Source: a virus. Taken from it: a DNA stretch of 64,000 nucleotides. The stretch lies in IMG/VR virus record IMGVR_UViG_3300032236_000679, positions 59,006 to 123,005 of that record. One strand, 5' to 3'. Position 1 is the stretch's first letter. Every line of letters starts with the position of its first letter. The notes below the pieces were generated by a model. The model ran no database searches. It worked only from the letters and a program-made list of their open reading frames with translations, and was not told the origin of the DNA. The position numbers and the translations under genes are program-made. Shown here piece by piece: positions 17,092 to 32,500 of this stretch.

Positions 17092-20000
17092 ATGGCCACA
17101 CCGTCAAATAACAAACAGACAAATCTATTTGCTGTTGAAGATTGGAAGAAATTATACACTGCATTCAGTGAAGCAGACTTCCAATCATATGATTTCGAAA
17201 CTATTCGTAAAGTTATGGTTGACTATCTTCGCACTTATTATGCAGAAGATTTTAACGATTTTATTGAATCAAGTGAGTTTATTGCACTACTAGATCTTAT
17301 TGCTTTCCAAGCACAAAGCCTTGCATTTCGTACTGATCTTAATGCTCGTGAGAATTTCCTTGCTACTGCTGAACGTAAAGACAGTGTACTAAAACTTGTC
17401 AAGCAGTTAAATTATAACCCCAATCGTAACAAAGCAGCTAGTGGGTTAATTAAAATAAAAAGCATTACCACAACTGAAAATGTATTAGATTACAGCAGTA
17501 GAAATTTAAGTAAAGTTACTATCAACTGGAATGATCCATCAAACTCAGAGTGGCTTAGTCAGTTTAACTTGATTATTAATGCTGCGCTAACAAATGGGCA
17601 ACGAGTTGGCAAGCCATTTGCCAGTAAGAATATTAATGGTATTAAAACAGAACAATATAATGTTGCTGTTCCAACTACTATTCAACCAGTATTCCCTTTC
17701 AATGTCAACATAGCCGATACATTTACTCCTTTTGAAATTGTCAGTGCAAGTATTACTGACAGCGATGCAGTTGTAGAAAATGATCCGGGCTCATTTGGTA
17801 ACTTTGGTATAATCTATCAAAACGACAGCAGAGGTAATGCAAGTATCAACACTGGTTATTTTATGCACTTCAAACAGGGTGTATTAAACAACTTAGATCA
17901 AGCATTTCCTGATCGTGTGCCCAATCGCGTTTTGAGTATTAATTTAGAAAATATTAACAATGAAGACGTTTGGTTTTATGATTTAAACAACGGTACAATT
18001 GGTGATCAATGGACTAAGATTCCAAACATTGTTGGCAGCAATGCCGTTTACAATAGTGTTGCACGTGGCAACAGAAAGTTATTCAGTGTCAACAGCAGAG
18101 CAAATGATCAAATTGACTTGGTTTTTGGTGACGACACATTTGGTGATACTCCAATTGGAAATTATAGAACCTATTTTAGAGTCAGCAATGGTTTAACTTA
18201 TAGAATTAGCCCTGCTGATATGAATGGCGTTGGCATTACAATTCCTTATATTAGTAAAGCAGGTCGTCCAGAACGTCTAACTATTCAAGCAGCACTACAG
18301 TATACTGTTGCCAACAGCAGCAGAAGAGATCTTATACAGGAAATTAAAGATAAGGCTCCTCAAAATTTCTATACTCAAGGTCGTATGGTAAATGGTGAAG
18401 ATTATAATATTTTACCATACACTATGTACAGTGATATTATTAAGGTCAAGAGCGTTAACAGATATAGCAGCGGCATTAGTCGTTACTTGGACATCATTGA
18501 TCCAACTGGCAAGTATAGCAGCACTGATCTTTATGGCAGTGATGGATCATTTTACAAGAAAGAAATACAGGAAACAACTAATTTTAGTTTCACTAGTCGT
18601 AACGACGTAATTAGAACTGTTAACAATGTCATTCAGCCCATTGTTAAAAGTAAAGCAACTCAGCATTTCTTTTTTGAAAAGTATAATATTCAAACATTAC
18701 CTTCGTTAAATTGGATTAGACAAACTGATGATACAAATACATCAACAGGATTCTTTGCTTATTCATATAGTATTGGAACATATCAGCCAATTGGAAACAG
18801 TGCAGGTGTAACTAACAATCTGCGTTACTTGCTTATCAACAGTTTGATTAAATTTGTACCACCAACTGGATATTATTTTGACAGCAGTAATAGTTTAATA
18901 TTGGGAACACCAAGATTACCCAGTGATAAGACAGAGATTTATTGCTCAATAAAGAGTCAAATTGGTGATGGAAGCACACCTATTTATCTTGCAGGCCGCA
19001 CTATTGGTAGCGTTACCTTAAGTGAAAATATACCTACTGGTGCAATAGCAGCAGGCTGTTATGTGCCTTTTACAACTAAGTTATCTAACACACTTATTAA
19101 TACTATGGTAACGTACATTCTAAACAATGTAGAATTTGCCTTACGTTATGATTGGTCACAGACACCATATGGTGAGCCATGGAAGATCGTTGCAATTAAT
19201 AATGTTGACCAAAACGGAAAATTCAATCTTGCTACCAGCGGAACTAACTATGATGCAAGTTGGTTATTGTTGTTTACTAATGATGGCACAAAGTACACAA
19301 TTACTTACAGAGGATTAGATTACATTTATTCAAGCAATGCAATTCGCTTTTTGAATATCAATGTTGAATCGGTATATGATGTTAAGACAAATACTGTTGT
19401 TAAAGACAATATCAAAATTTTAGAAAGCAATACTAACAGCGCCAATACTGCAAAGATTCCAAGACAGGTTATTTTAGAGTTACTAGAAAACATTACAGAA
19501 ACTGATGGCTATGTTGACAGCACTAAAGTAAAGGTTACTTTTCCAACTGCTGCACATAGTGATTTACCTGCTGATCCAACTATATTCTCAACAGTTGTAG
19601 GATCAAATGATAACACTTATGTTTTCTATCAAAAATATATTGATTATGATAATCTAGTTAGATATCAATTGTTAGACAGTGGCACAATAAATTATGTTTA
19701 TGCAACTAGAACTGCAATTGAAAATGTAAGAAATAACTTTTCTAATGGCAAATTATTCTATGCTACTAGCGAGCAGAAATTTTACAAAATTGTATACAAT
19801 GGAACTGCAAATACTGTAGTTGATGTGAGTTCAGAATATATGTCTTACATCGGCAGACAGGGATTAATATTCCAGTATAAGCACAATGCAAGTGATCGTC
19901 GTCGTATTGATCCTGCTGCAACTAATTTGATTGACACCTTCATCTTAACACGCAGTTATGATGAAGCCTATAGAAATTATATTACTGACATGACAGGCAA

Positions 20001-20490
20001 AGTACAGATGCCTGACCCTGTTGATTCAGTGACAATGAGAACTTCATATTATGAATTACTTCAGTTAAAAATGATCAGTGATGAAATGATTTTAAATTCA
20101 GGGGTTTATAAGCCTTTATTTGGATCTAAAGCAGCGGGTCCTTTACAAGCAACAATTCAAGTTATTAAGAATCCAAATAGCAATATTAGTGCGAATGAAT
20201 TAAAAAGTAGAGTAATTGATAAAATTAATGCATACTTTGCAATTGAGAATTGGGACTTTGGTAAAACATTTTACTTCTCAGAACTCAGTGCTTACTTACA
20301 TAGTCAGTTGGGACAATATCTAAACAGTGTTGTACTAATACCAACTTACCCAGACAGTGTATTTGGTGATCTCTACGAAATTAGAAGTCAGCCAAATGAG
20401 ATATTAATAAGTGCAGCAACCGTTGACAATATTGAAGTTGTAACAGGCATCTATGTTGGGTTAACTCAAAACAGTTTAATAACAGGTTAA
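17092..20490 (+). CDS. gp6: Baseplate wedge protein (T4 gp6-like)
   Basis: DFQSYDFETIR...DFIESSEFIALLDLIA...ARENFLATAERKDSVL.L...LNYNP N-terminus; FGDD.FG..P; RMVNGEDY; WDFGKTFYFSEL C-terminus. Confidence 0.85.
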   Translation: MATPSNNKQTNLFAVEDWKKLYTAFSEADFQSYDFETIRKVMVDYLRTYYAEDFNDFIESSEFIALLDLIAFQAQSLAFRTDLNARENFLATAERKDSVLKLVKQLNYNPNRNKAASGLIKIKSITTTENVLDYSSRNLSKVTINWNDPSNSEWLSQFNLIINAALTNGQRVGKPFASKNINGIKTEQYNVAVPTTIQPVFPFNVNIADTFTPFEIVSASITDSDAVVENDPGSFGNFGIIYQNDSRGNASINTGYFMHFKQGVLNNLDQAFPDRVPNRVLSINLENINNEDVWFYDLNNGTIGDQWTKIPNIVGSNAVYNSVARGNRKLFSVNSRANDQIDLVFGDDTFGDTPIGNYRTYFRVSNGLTYRISPADMNGVGITIPYISKAGRPERLTIQAALQYTVANSSRRDLIQEIKDKAPQNFYTQGRMVNGEDYNILPYTMYSDIIKVKSVNRYSSGISRYLDIIDPTGKYSSTDLYGSDGSFYKKEIQETTNFSFTSRNDVIRTVNNVIQPIVKSKATQHFFFEKYNIQTLPSLNWIRQTDDTNTSTGFFAYSYSIGTYQPIGNSAGVTNNLRYLLINSLIKFVPPTGYYFDSSNSLILGTPRLPSDKTEIYCSIKSQIGDGSTPIYLAGRTIGSVTLSENIPTGAIAAGCYVPFTTKLSNTLINTMVTYILNNVEFALRYDWSQTPYGEPWKIVAINNVDQNGKFNLATSGTNYDASWLLLFTNDGTKYTITYRGLDYIYSSNAIRFLNINVESVYDVKTNTVVKDNIKILESNTNSANTAKIPRQVILELLENITETDGYVDSTKVKVTFPTAAHSDLPADPTIFSTVVGSNDNTYVFYQKYIDYDNLVRYQLLDSGTINYVYATRTAIENVRNNFSNGKLFYATSEQKFYKIVYNGTANTVVDVSSEYMSYIGRQGLIFQYKHNASDRRRIDPAATNLIDTFILTRSYDEAYRNYITDMTGKVQMPDPVDSVTMRTSYYELLQLKMISDEMILNSGVYKPLFGSKAAGPLQATIQVIKNPNSNISANELKSRVIDKINAYFAIENWDFGKTFYFSELSAYLHSQLGQYLNSVVLIPTYPDSVFGDLYEIRSQPNEILISAATVDNIEVVTGIYVGLTQNSLITG

Positions 20491-20502
20491 TAGGTATTAA
20501 AA

Positions 20503-23500
20503 ATGGTCAAAAAATCCTTAGATAATGTTCCTAAGATTAATCAGTCTACAAAGAATAAAAAGTTATCAAATGAATTTCTACCTACAGTATTCAGAACAAA
20601 TACAAATCGTAGATTTTTAAATGCAACTGTAGATCAATTAATTCAAGAACCACGTATGACTAGCATATATGGTTATATTGGCAGACAAGATATCAGTCCC
20701 AATTATAAACCTGAAGATGCCTATGTAAGAGAAACTGAAAGTTACAGTCAGTTTTATCAACTTGAACCTGGTCTTGTTATTAACCAACGTATTGCCGGGA
20801 CAAATAGATTTAAGAAAACTAATGCGTACAATTATGTTGATCTATTGAATGGTATCGCTTTACAGGGCGGCATCAATACAGATCATAGTCGTCTATTTTC
20901 CAACGAATATTACAATTATGAAGGCTTTGTTGATCTAGACAAGTTAATTAATTATAGCAAGTACTATTGGGTACCAACTGGTCCTAAGACATTAGAAGTT
21001 AATGGCTACAATGCAGATCAAAATAAGACTGAAGTTATCTTCCTTGAGAATTTAACTGTGCGTCGTCCCGTTGAACCAAACACAACAGGAAATGCAATTG
21101 CCAATAAGCCTGTTGGATTAATTGGTTATCAATTTGATCAAATATCAAACAAAGTAAATCCAACACTAAATCTTGTCAGAGGTAGAACTTATACATTTGA
21201 TGTTGATCAATTGGGTCATAGTTTTTGGATTCAAACAGAACCTGGGTTAGGCGAAGGTATTGGGTATCAAGAAAATATCTTCAAAAGAGAAGTTTATGGT
21301 GTTGATAACAATGGTGCTGAAATTGGAAAAGTTACATTCCGTGTTCCTTTCTCAGACGAACAATATGGCATAGAAACACTTAGTAAATTCACTGATGTTG
21401 ATTTAGTCACTGATATTGCTTACACTGACATCCAAGGTGTTTCTTACGAAGAATTTATTAAGACAAACACCATTGACGGCACACGTTCTCTTACAACTAA
21501 GAAGATAGTTATGATCAATAAAGATCCTGCTTCTTGGGGTGATGTAGTTGAAGATCAGCGTTATGGCATTTGGCAACTACAAAACAATAATGGCATATTA
21601 AATCTTGCATTTGTTTCGGCTTGGCCAACTGGCACTAAGATCTTTGTTAAGGAAGGTCGTCAGTATGGTAATGTGAATGTAGTTAAAAATAGCCAGGGTA
21701 TAATTTTTAAAGAACCTTATATCACTGCTAAACTCGATACTTTATATTATCAAGATGGTGTTGATGCATCAGTTTTTGGGGAAATTCGTCTTATTAATAT
21801 TGATCCAGAACAAGCAACAATCAACATCGAAACAAGAGTTCTAAATCAGTCAAGTTATACTAGTCCTAATAATGTTGAATTTACAAATGGATTGAAAGTT
21901 GTTTTCAGAGGATATGTTCAGCCTACAGAATACGCTGGCAAAGAATATGTTGTTGAAGGCGTAGGAACAGGCATTAAGTTAATTCCATGGGATAATTTAA
22001 TTACTCCTGATCCTAACAATCCTAATTTAGGCGACGGATATGATGCAGAAACTGAAGCATATGATACTATAAATTATGATCTTGCTCTTAATGCACCACT
22101 TAGAAAAGACTATGTTGTTATCAATCGTGCCAGCATTGATGGTAATGCATGGAGTCGTACTAATCGTTGGTTCCATGAAGACGTAATACGTTATGCTTCA
22201 ACTTTTAATAATCCAACTGCTGCTGTAGTATTAGACAATGCCTTTAGAGGTATCAGACCAATTATTGAGTTTGACGCCAACTTACAATTGTTCAATCATG
22301 GTAATAAATTTGCTGGCCAAGTTACAGCAATTGACACTACAGTTACTGATATTGCTAATCAAGTTGAGGGATATAGCCCTTACGTATTGATCGACAGCAA
22401 CGGCAATTATTTCAGTGATAATGTTGCTTTGGAAAACGGAACGTATGTTATTTTCACACAGGAAAGATATGAAAATACCAAAGGCAGAATTTATCAAGTT
22501 TCAAACATAATTCCTCATGTTCCTGCGCAGAGAACAAAACTAACTACTCAGTTTGCACCTAACAACACAACTTTACTACATCTCAATGATGTTTCATATC
22601 TCTACATCAATATGAAAGTTTCTGGTACAGGTATTTTGCCAAATACTGTAATTAAATCAATCGACAGTATAAACAGCATTGTGACATTAAGTCAACCTGT
22701 TGTTGATGTCACCCGCGGAACAACGATTACTTTTGATTCAAACAACAAACAAGTTCATTTGATTCCTGTACATGACATGGTTGAGGGTGAAACTGTTGTT
22801 GCTGTCAGTGGAGCAAAAAGACAGAATTATGTCTATTGGTGGCACAATGGTAATTGGCAATATGCACAGCAAAAGACTAGTTTAAATCAAGCACCCTTAT
22901 TTGATATTTTTACTTTAGACGGAATTAGTTTTGGCAATGGAGATTATTATCCTTCCACTACTTTTGCTGGTAGCAAACTATTTGGATATCGTGAAGGCAC
23001 AGGTACTAGAGATAGCGAACTTGGATTTCCTCTGTCTTTCAGATCAATTGGTAATATTGGTGATATTGTTTTTGAAAATTATTATGATACTGAACAGTTT
23101 CACTATAGTCTAAATCAAACTGATCAAATTGTTGATGTAAGCACAGGTTATGCACATGAAAACAATCCTGCTGATTTGACTTTTAAACTTAGAAACAACT
23201 GGATTAAGATTAAAGACTTCAGTAAGCAATATATTCAGAAGAAGTTTATTGCTTCGGATGCACATAAGAATAATTTCCTAATTGATGTAAAATTTAATCA
23301 AAACAGTCAAAATGAAAAAAGCCTGTTTGTTTATGTAAACGGCACTGAATTAACTTATTCTCAGGATTATACACTATTAGGTCAAAAGAATCATGTTTAT
23401 GTTTCATTGAACAGTGACTTAACAACGGGCGATGTACTAGTTGTTAGAATCTTTGGGACTCCAAATTCGTCAAAAGAAATTTATACACTACCTAAGAATT

Positions 23501-26500
23501 TAACTGATAACAGTTTAAATGAAACATTTACTTCATTGACATTAGGACAGATTAGAAATCACTTAGTAGAAATTGCAGACAATAGTTTGTTATTCAAAGG
23601 TGAAGCAGCAGGTGTCAACAACTTTAGAGATATTGATTATAAAAGAGTACCTGGTAGAATTCTACAGCATAGTGCAGGTGTGCATATTGCACAGTTGTTC
23701 TTCAATAATGAAACAACAAATATTGTAAAAGCAATTGAATATAGCAGAAAAGCATATAGAAACTTTAAGAATCAATTCTTTAGTTTATTGTCTTCGATGG
23801 AATTCGATAACTTTGATGACCCACGTGCTTGCTTAGATCAACTGTTTGATGAGATATCTTTCAATGCAACAATGGATCAGAGTTTCTATTATACTGATAT
23901 GTTGCCTGTTGGTTCTAATAGTTTTACATTCAATGAATATCTAATTGCAGACACAAACTATAAAAAGTTTAATGTCATAAACACATTTGACATTCAAAAT
24001 CCCAACTATAGATCTGTATTGGTCTATCAAAAAAAGTCAAACAGCAATTATGGAGTTCAGTTACTTAAGGATACAGATTATACTTTTGATGGTTATCAAA
24101 TTGATATATTAACAACATTGGATATTAATGATAACATCATAATTTATGAATATGAAAGCACCAAAGGTTGCATGGTTCCTGCAACACCTACAAAGTTAGG
24201 ACTTTATCCTAAGTTTACTCCTGGACTTTATTTAGATGACACGTACTTAGGTAGACAAGAACAGGATGGGACTTATACTAGATTCCCACGTCCAATGATT
24301 CAAGGTCATGATGGCAGTAAAATTGCAGCCTTCAATGATTTTAGAGATGCTATCATTGTAGAGTTTGAACAGCGTGTTTATAACAACTTAAATGTTGAGT
24401 ATATTAACGATCCTGCAATAAGTTTCAATGGTGTTGAGCCTGGTGCTTTTAGAAATACTGAATACAGTATGGATGAGTGGACTAGACTACTAAGTGGCTC
24501 TTTCTTAGAGTGGGCAGGTAGTAACAGTGTTGATGTGTTCAATAACTTGTTTACTAACAATGCTCGATCAAATGATCCATTTAGTTTCAATTACTCGCAG
24601 GGTGTTGATGCAATTTATAATGAAGGTGTACCTGGATACTGGAGAGGTATCTACAAGTACTTCTTTGACACAGACAGACCACATACTCATCCTTGGGAAA
24701 TGTTTGGATTCAGTCAGAAGCCTGCTTGGTGGGAAGCAAGATATGGTGCTGCTCCTTATACATCAGGTAATGAAATTTTATGGAAAGATGCTGAAGTTGG
24801 ATTGATATATCAACATGGCTATGATGCATATATCGATTCTAGATATGCAAGACCAGGTGCCACTAAGATTATTCCGGTTGACGAGCATGGTACACTATTA
24901 GCACCTATTTCATCTGTTGTTATTAATCTTAAAACTCAAACAGCATCATCCAGTTGGCGTTTTGGCGATCAAAGCCCACAAGAAACTGCTTGGCGTCGTA
25001 GTAGTGATTATCCCTATTCAATCATCGAAGCATGGGCTCTCGCCAAGCCTGCACAATTTTGTACTTGGTCATTGAACAGACACGATCTTATTAGAGTTGA
25101 TGCATTAGATCAAATTATTAATCCTACTACTGGTAAGAGAAATATAACTTTAGCAATTAGCGACGAAGACAAATATATTCCAGGATCTAACATTTGGTTA
25201 AGAGATCGTTTGGCAGGATTGAATATAGATGTTCAAACTAATTTTGTTGAGATTTTTGAAAATCTAGGAATTAATCTTGTTTATAAGATGAGCAGTTACA
25301 CAGATAAGAATTATATCGAAGTAATTGCAGAACAAGCAAGTCCAAATAGTACTAACAGTGGCATCATTGTTCCTAAAGAAAACTATGACATTGTATTAAC
25401 TAAAAGTGCTCCAGTTGGACTTTCGACCTACAGTGCAGTTATTATTAAGAAGTCAGGCGGTGTCTTTTCTGTTTATGGATCAGACAACAACAAACCATAT
25501 TTTACTATTATACCTAGAAAATTCAATGGTAACTTCTACAATATTAAAGTAAGTCAATCTACTGCAATTGTAAGAGTAGACGATGAAGAAACCATTGACA
25601 TTATTCCATATGGTCAGCAATTTACTTCTAAGCAACAAATTGTTGATTTCCTAATCAGTTATGGTGCTTACCTACAAAGTATTGGCTTTACATTTGGAAC
25701 TATTAATCCAAATGAAACAGAAATACAGTTCAGTAACAGTACTCGTGATTGGGCAAATTCTTCTAAACAATTCTTATACTGGACTGAACAGGGTTGGGAC
25801 GATAGCGTTGTTATCAGTTTAACTCCTGCAGGAACACAGATTAATTTCAATAGCGGCTTTGGCGTTGTTGATGATTTAACTAACAGTTACAGCGGAGTTA
25901 GATTATCTAATTCGGACGACAGAATCCTGCAGACTAAAGAATACTCAACATTTAGAGAAGGCACCAACTTTAATCTTGTTGTAAGAGATCAAACTAAAGG
26001 AATTCATCTAGTTGATCTTTATACAGTTGCTTATGAACATACTTTAGTATTTGATAACGTAACTGTTTTCAATGATATCATCTATCAGCCAAATCTTGGT
26101 AATAGACAGTATCGTATGAAAGTTAATGGATTTAAAACTAGAGACTGGGATGGCAGTTTATATGCTCCTGGATTCTTAGTAAATCATAGAGATGTTGAAC
26201 TATGGCAACCCATAACAGATTACTATAAAGGCGACATTGTAGAACATAAAAATGCATTCTTTACTGCAAAATATTTCATACCTGGTGCTCCAAAATTTAA
26301 AGAAATGGATTGGCTACCAGTCAACAGTGAATTACTGGGTAAGAAACTAATTCCAAATATGGCATTTAATGCTCAGCAATTTGAGAATTTTTATGATGTT
26401 GATACTTTTGACGTCAACAGTACCGCTGACATGCAAGCAAGAAATTCTACAGGCTTTGTGCCACGTAATTATTTAGATGATCTTGGATTAAACACAATCA

Positions 26501-29500
26501 GTCAACATAAATTCTATCTTGGCATGATTAGGGAAAAGGGTACCAATGCTGTTCTTAATGCATTCTTACGTGCTAAGTTACCTTATGTGGATAATAATGT
26601 TTCAGTAACTGAACAATATGCAGTTAGACTGGCATCATATGGCGGTATCAATGATGTCAGTGATGTTGAATTAAGTTTAGCAAATTCAACAAAATTAAAT
26701 GGATCAATTGTTGTTGAGTTTATTGACAATAACGAAACTAAGTCCACATTGTGGAATAGTTATAGACCCAAAGATCTTTTAATTAAGCCTGCAAATTATG
26801 ATAAAAACTTCTTCTCATTAACTGAGTCATATCCATTACAAGTTGGCACAGGCGGTCCTGTTCTACCTCAGGATGTTGACACTTCTGTTTTTGATATTCA
26901 GAAAATCTATAACTTAAGCATGGGTGGCTTAGGTTTTGATATGACTGAAGGCTATGGTGAAGGCAGCAGAATATGGGTTGCAAGTGATTTAGAAAACAAA
27001 TGGAATGTTTATAGACTTTGTGGCAATGAGAATATTGTAATAACAAGTGTTAGTGTTATCAACAATACAAATGAATTAGAATTTACAACCGATAGACCAC
27101 ATGGGTTAAAGTTTAACGATAATATCTTAATTAAAAAGGGAATTGCCACAGGAAAAATCTCAGTTAACATGAGTGGTTTTTATAGAATAAATTCTGTTGG
27201 CCCAACTGTATTTAGAACTCCGATTTATACTGGAGCAGTGACAACATCAGGCAAGATGAATGCCATGTTGTATAAACTCAAGTCAGTTAGATATCAAGAT
27301 AGAACAGCATTTTCTAGTGATTTACCTCCTGGTGGGTGGAAGACAGGTGATAAGGCTTGGATCAATGGTTCTGAAGGAAATTGGGAATTATTAAATCTAC
27401 AAACTAATTATTTCTTGAGTCAAACATTAACTCCTATCTTCTCAGGCGACAGTGATAATTTTGGTAACGGAATTTCAATGAAGTCAACTGAAGATGTCAT
27501 GGCAGTTGGCGCTCCTGGAAAAGATTCAGGTGCTGTTTACATATACAATAAAAATTATTATGGTGTGTGGTCAGTAAGTCAAAGTATTATTCCTGAGAAT
27601 ACTGTTGCCAATGATTTTGGATTCAGTGTAAACTGTAATGACAAAAATCTAGTAATTACTGGCGCTCCTGCTAGTAACAGTAATAAAGGATTGGCTTATG
27701 TACTAAAAGTCAACAATGTTGATTCTAATGTATTATTCCAAGTATTGAATCCAGCAGGTCTAAATTCGGGCGATCAATTTGGATATGATGTAACCAGCAG
27801 TCAAGATGGAACTTGGGTTGCAGTGTCTGCACCTAGCGACAATACTGTTTATATCTATAAATTCAATAAAATTTCAACACCTGCTTTGTATTCTTATGTT
27901 GCAGAAAGTGCAACTGAATTTGAATTGCCTAGCATATTACTGGGAACAGGTATTGCCGCAGATGCAGTTAAAGTTTATCTAAATGAAAGAATTTTAATTC
28001 CAAGTGTTGAATATTCAATCAGCGGTAACAATGTTGAACTTAGTATATCAACTAATAATAATGATGTTGTTAACATTGTTTATGAAGATTATTATAAACT
28101 GATCACCAGTTTCTCAAATACTGAAGCAGCAGGATCATTTGGATATAGTATTGATTTCAACAAAGACGGCACTGAGTTAGCAATTGGCGCACCATATCTT
28201 GTCAACCCTGCTAATTCAAACTCAACTAACTTTGGTGCAGTTTATCTTTTTGAGCGTACAATTGAAACATTTATAACTCCAAGTTACGATAAAACAACAT
28301 TAAGTTCTGCTGAATTTGCTAGTGTTTCTTCAGTTACCTTAGAAAACACTCCAGTGGAACCTGTAGTGTATGTAAATGGTGAATTAGATACTTCACATTC
28401 CATTAATGGAAAAGTTGTTACATTTACCAATGGCAATCTTACTAGATCAGTTGGATATGATTCTATTGTGACTGTTGAATCAAATACTTTTAGATTACTC
28501 GAGACAAAGAGATTTGGTACAGATCAAGCAAACTTATATTATGGTTCTAAGGTTAAGATCTGCCCAACCAGTTGTAGTTTATACGTTGGTGCAAAAGGCT
28601 ACAATGTAATACAAGAAAAATCACAGTTCTTGAATAATGGTGCAGTTGTTCGTTATGTTAACGAAGCAAGATCATATGGAACTATAACAACACAGAAAAA
28701 TATTCCCACAGTCACTGGCGGTCATAGTATTAGAATCAACGGAATGAAGATTACATTCACTGGTACTAATATGGGAGATGGCAGAACAATAATTAATTGG
28801 ACTGCAAATACATCTTATCTAACAACTAATTTTGTCAGATATAATTCTATCATTTATAAGCCAACTCAAAACTTTACCAGTGGGTCGAGTTTCAGCAGTA
28901 CATACCTAACACCTTATCGATTAACCATTGATGAAATTGTAGCAGATATTAATGCTGTAAAAATTCCAGGAATAACTGCAACTAAGGTTAAGAACATGAT
29001 AACCATTAGTTCAGATTCAATGTTGGCACATAATAAGATCATCATTAATACAACTGATCTTGGCACAGCATTAGATGATCTTGGTTTAACTGTATTCAAA
29101 TATTATCAATTTATCGGCGCACAATCAAATCAATCATATACAAACTTTGGTAATCAATTTACATTAGACGCCAGCGGCAATCGTTTGCTAATCAGTGCAA
29201 CTCAAACTGATAATATCAAAGTTACTACCTTTGATAAAGGTAACACTACTTTTGATGCTAAGAGCACACGAGTGTACACTGCTACATATAGAAGTGGCAG
29301 TGCATACTTGTATGAATATCAAGGGGACGAATACGAAACACCATCTACTCATGGTAATTTTGCTTATGCTCAGACATTTAACACAAGCAAAATGTCTACA
29401 AATGATTATTTTGGAACTGGAATTGCACTTACTAAAAATTGGGCAATTGTCACTGCACTAGGTGATGGCACTAAAGCAGGCACAGTATACACATATCAAA

Positions 29501-32500
29501 ATAAGACAGGCGCATACAACTGGAATGTTGAGCGTTCTAAATTAGATCCTGTTGATTCCAGAAAGATTGCACGAGCATATCTTTATAATGATAACACCAA
29601 AGAATTAATTGCAGACTTGCCTGTTATTGATCCAGAGCATGGTATTCCTGTACCAGAGGCTGCTGAACAATTGAAATATATTGTAAACTACGATCCTGCT
29701 GTTTACACTAATTCTCCTAATACATTTACTTTTGCTGTTGATGTGAGAAGCAGTTGGGCCGAAGAACATGTGGGACAACTATGGTGGGATACTAATCAGA
29801 TAAAGTATGCTGAATGGAATCAAGGTGATTTGATTACTAGATTTAGTAACTGGGGATTGAGTGTTCCTAATAGTTTTGCTAGTGTTTACGAATGGATTGA
29901 AAGCAGCATGACTCCTTCAGAATGGAATGTTGCAAATCCAACAACTCCCAGTCTGTATACCGCTGGTGAAGTTTACTCTATTAGAGTCGTAATTGATCCT
30001 GTTACATTGGCCCCAACAAACAAGTATTATTTCTGGGTTGCAAATAGCAATGCAAATTATGGCATGGAACGCAGAGATTCTGCAATCATGCTACAGGATC
30101 TAATTGCAAATCCAAGAAAGAATGACAACCAGCCATTTATTTCTGTAATTGGTACAAATGCAATTGCATTATTCAATTGTCAGGACTTGGTTGATAACGA
30201 TACACGCTTGCATATCACAATGCATAAGAATCAGTATGTCAATCCTGTTCACACTGAATGGACTATGTTTGATGATGGATCTGATTTGGGCATTGCATCT
30301 GAATTCTTAGATCGTCTAAATGATAGTCTAGCAGGAATTGATAATGCAGGAAAAATTGTTCCCGATCTAAGCCTAAGTGAGAAACAGCGTTATGGACTTG
30401 AGATACGTCCAAGACAAACAACTTTTGTTGATAATTTCAGTGCAAGAAATACATGGATAAGCAACGTAAATGCAGTGTTTGCTAGATACCCAATGGTATT
30501 ATTGCGTGAAACCAGCATACTTGAATCATATGATCTACCACCTGAAGTAGATGGAACATCTATTAAATTAGAAGTCAGTACTGAAATAGAATTAACTTAT
30601 CTAAATAAGTCATTTTATAATATCGGCGATAAAATTTTAATTGCCAATGATTCAACTGTTGGCGGATGGTCACTGAGAGAATTAGCACCTAGTTCATTTG
30701 ATAGTACAGTGCTAGAGTGGAAAATTGTAAAAGTTAAATCATATGATCTTAGAGATTACTGGACTTATTCAGATTGGTATAGTCCTAATATCAGTAGAAC
30801 TGTTGCAGTTGATAAAATTGTAGATTATGATTATGAAATTGCAGACATTAATCCACTAGTTGGACAAATAATTAAAGTTAAGAATGGCACAGGCGGCAAC
30901 TGGAAACTTGTTCTTGTTCGTGCTAATAGTTTAGAATTAGTTGCACAACAAAATTCAACTATTCAACTGACTAAATCACTTTACGATAATATTTCTGCTG
31001 GATTTGGCATTGACAATCAAAGTTTTGAAATCAAAGGCTTTGCAAAAGACAATGCACTAGAATTTAGAAAGATTTTTGATATAACAGTAAACAAATTATT
31101 GAACAAAGAACTACGTGCTGAGTTCAAATCAATAATGACTGCAATGTTTGACGACATCACAACTCAATTTAAACAAAATGATTGGTTGATGAAAACTAGT
31201 TTGGTTAATGTTAAGAATGAAGTAAGATCATTAAATCAAATTCCTGTTTATGTCAAAGAAAATGCAGACACAGTATTAAACTTCATTGAAGAAGTAAAGC
31301 CATTCCATACTAAAGTTAAGGAATATATTAATTCATATAATCAACTTGACTTAGCAGGGTTTGACACAACTGACTTTGATCTTCCTTCATACTTTAATAA
31401 GAATACTCAGAGATATAGACAACCTCAACTTAAAAAAGTTTATAATGAAGAACTTGGCAGATGGGTTGATACACCAAATGTTGTTGACACTGGTATATGG
31501 TACATAGATCCATTAGATCCAACTCAAACATTACAGAACACTAAAGCAGTGTATCAACCATGGATTGACAATCACAAGTATCAAATTCTTTATGTTGATC
31601 TTGATAATGCTGGAACAGGATATAAGCAAAACGATACTACTGTTGTAATCAGAGGTGATGGCAGAGGAGCAACTGCTGAAGCATTTGTTAAGAACGGCAG
31701 CATTTATGCAATTAACGTAACTAATACAGGTTACAATTATACCTATGCAACTATTGAAATTTTAGGTAGCGGCACAGGTGCAACTGCATATGCTAAACTT
31801 GGAAACGGCAAAGCAAGAACATTTAGTACCACAATAAAATTTGATAGATTTACATATCAAACATCTACAAAAGAGTGGGCACCAAATACTTCTTATTCGT
31901 TGACAGACCTAATCACTTATAATGGTAGTGTATACAGATTAGCAACTGACACTAATCTAATAGACTTACAGTCAACTGGTATCACAACTGGCGACAAGTT
32001 CTCATTTGATAATTTAATTGAACTTGTAGTTAAGGTATGGGAACCCCACAAGAAATATGCTAAGGATACAATCATTGTTTACAATCATGTTCCTTATGTT
32101 GCATTAACTGATTTTACAAGTGGTAGATATTTTGAATATAACACTGATGTCACTGTAACTAATAGCATTTCATGGCAACCTGCCACTTACTATGCTGTTA
32201 ATACTGTGGTTAGTTATAATGGTGTTGCATATAAAGTTATTAGTAATTTTACAAGCCCTAATTCATTTACACTTGATAATTTACTGACAGTTTACGATAT
32301 TGCCAAATATCCAGGCGGATACTTTGACGATGCTGCTTCAAGAGTATGGAGTTATTATAATCCAAAGAGTGGTATGCCAGGTAAAGATTTAGCACAGGTT
32401 ATGTCTGGGGTAGAATATCCTGGTGTCAATGTAATTGGTCCTACCTTTGATCAAAAATTAGGATTTGGATTTGAACTCTACGAAAGAATTGCTTATGATG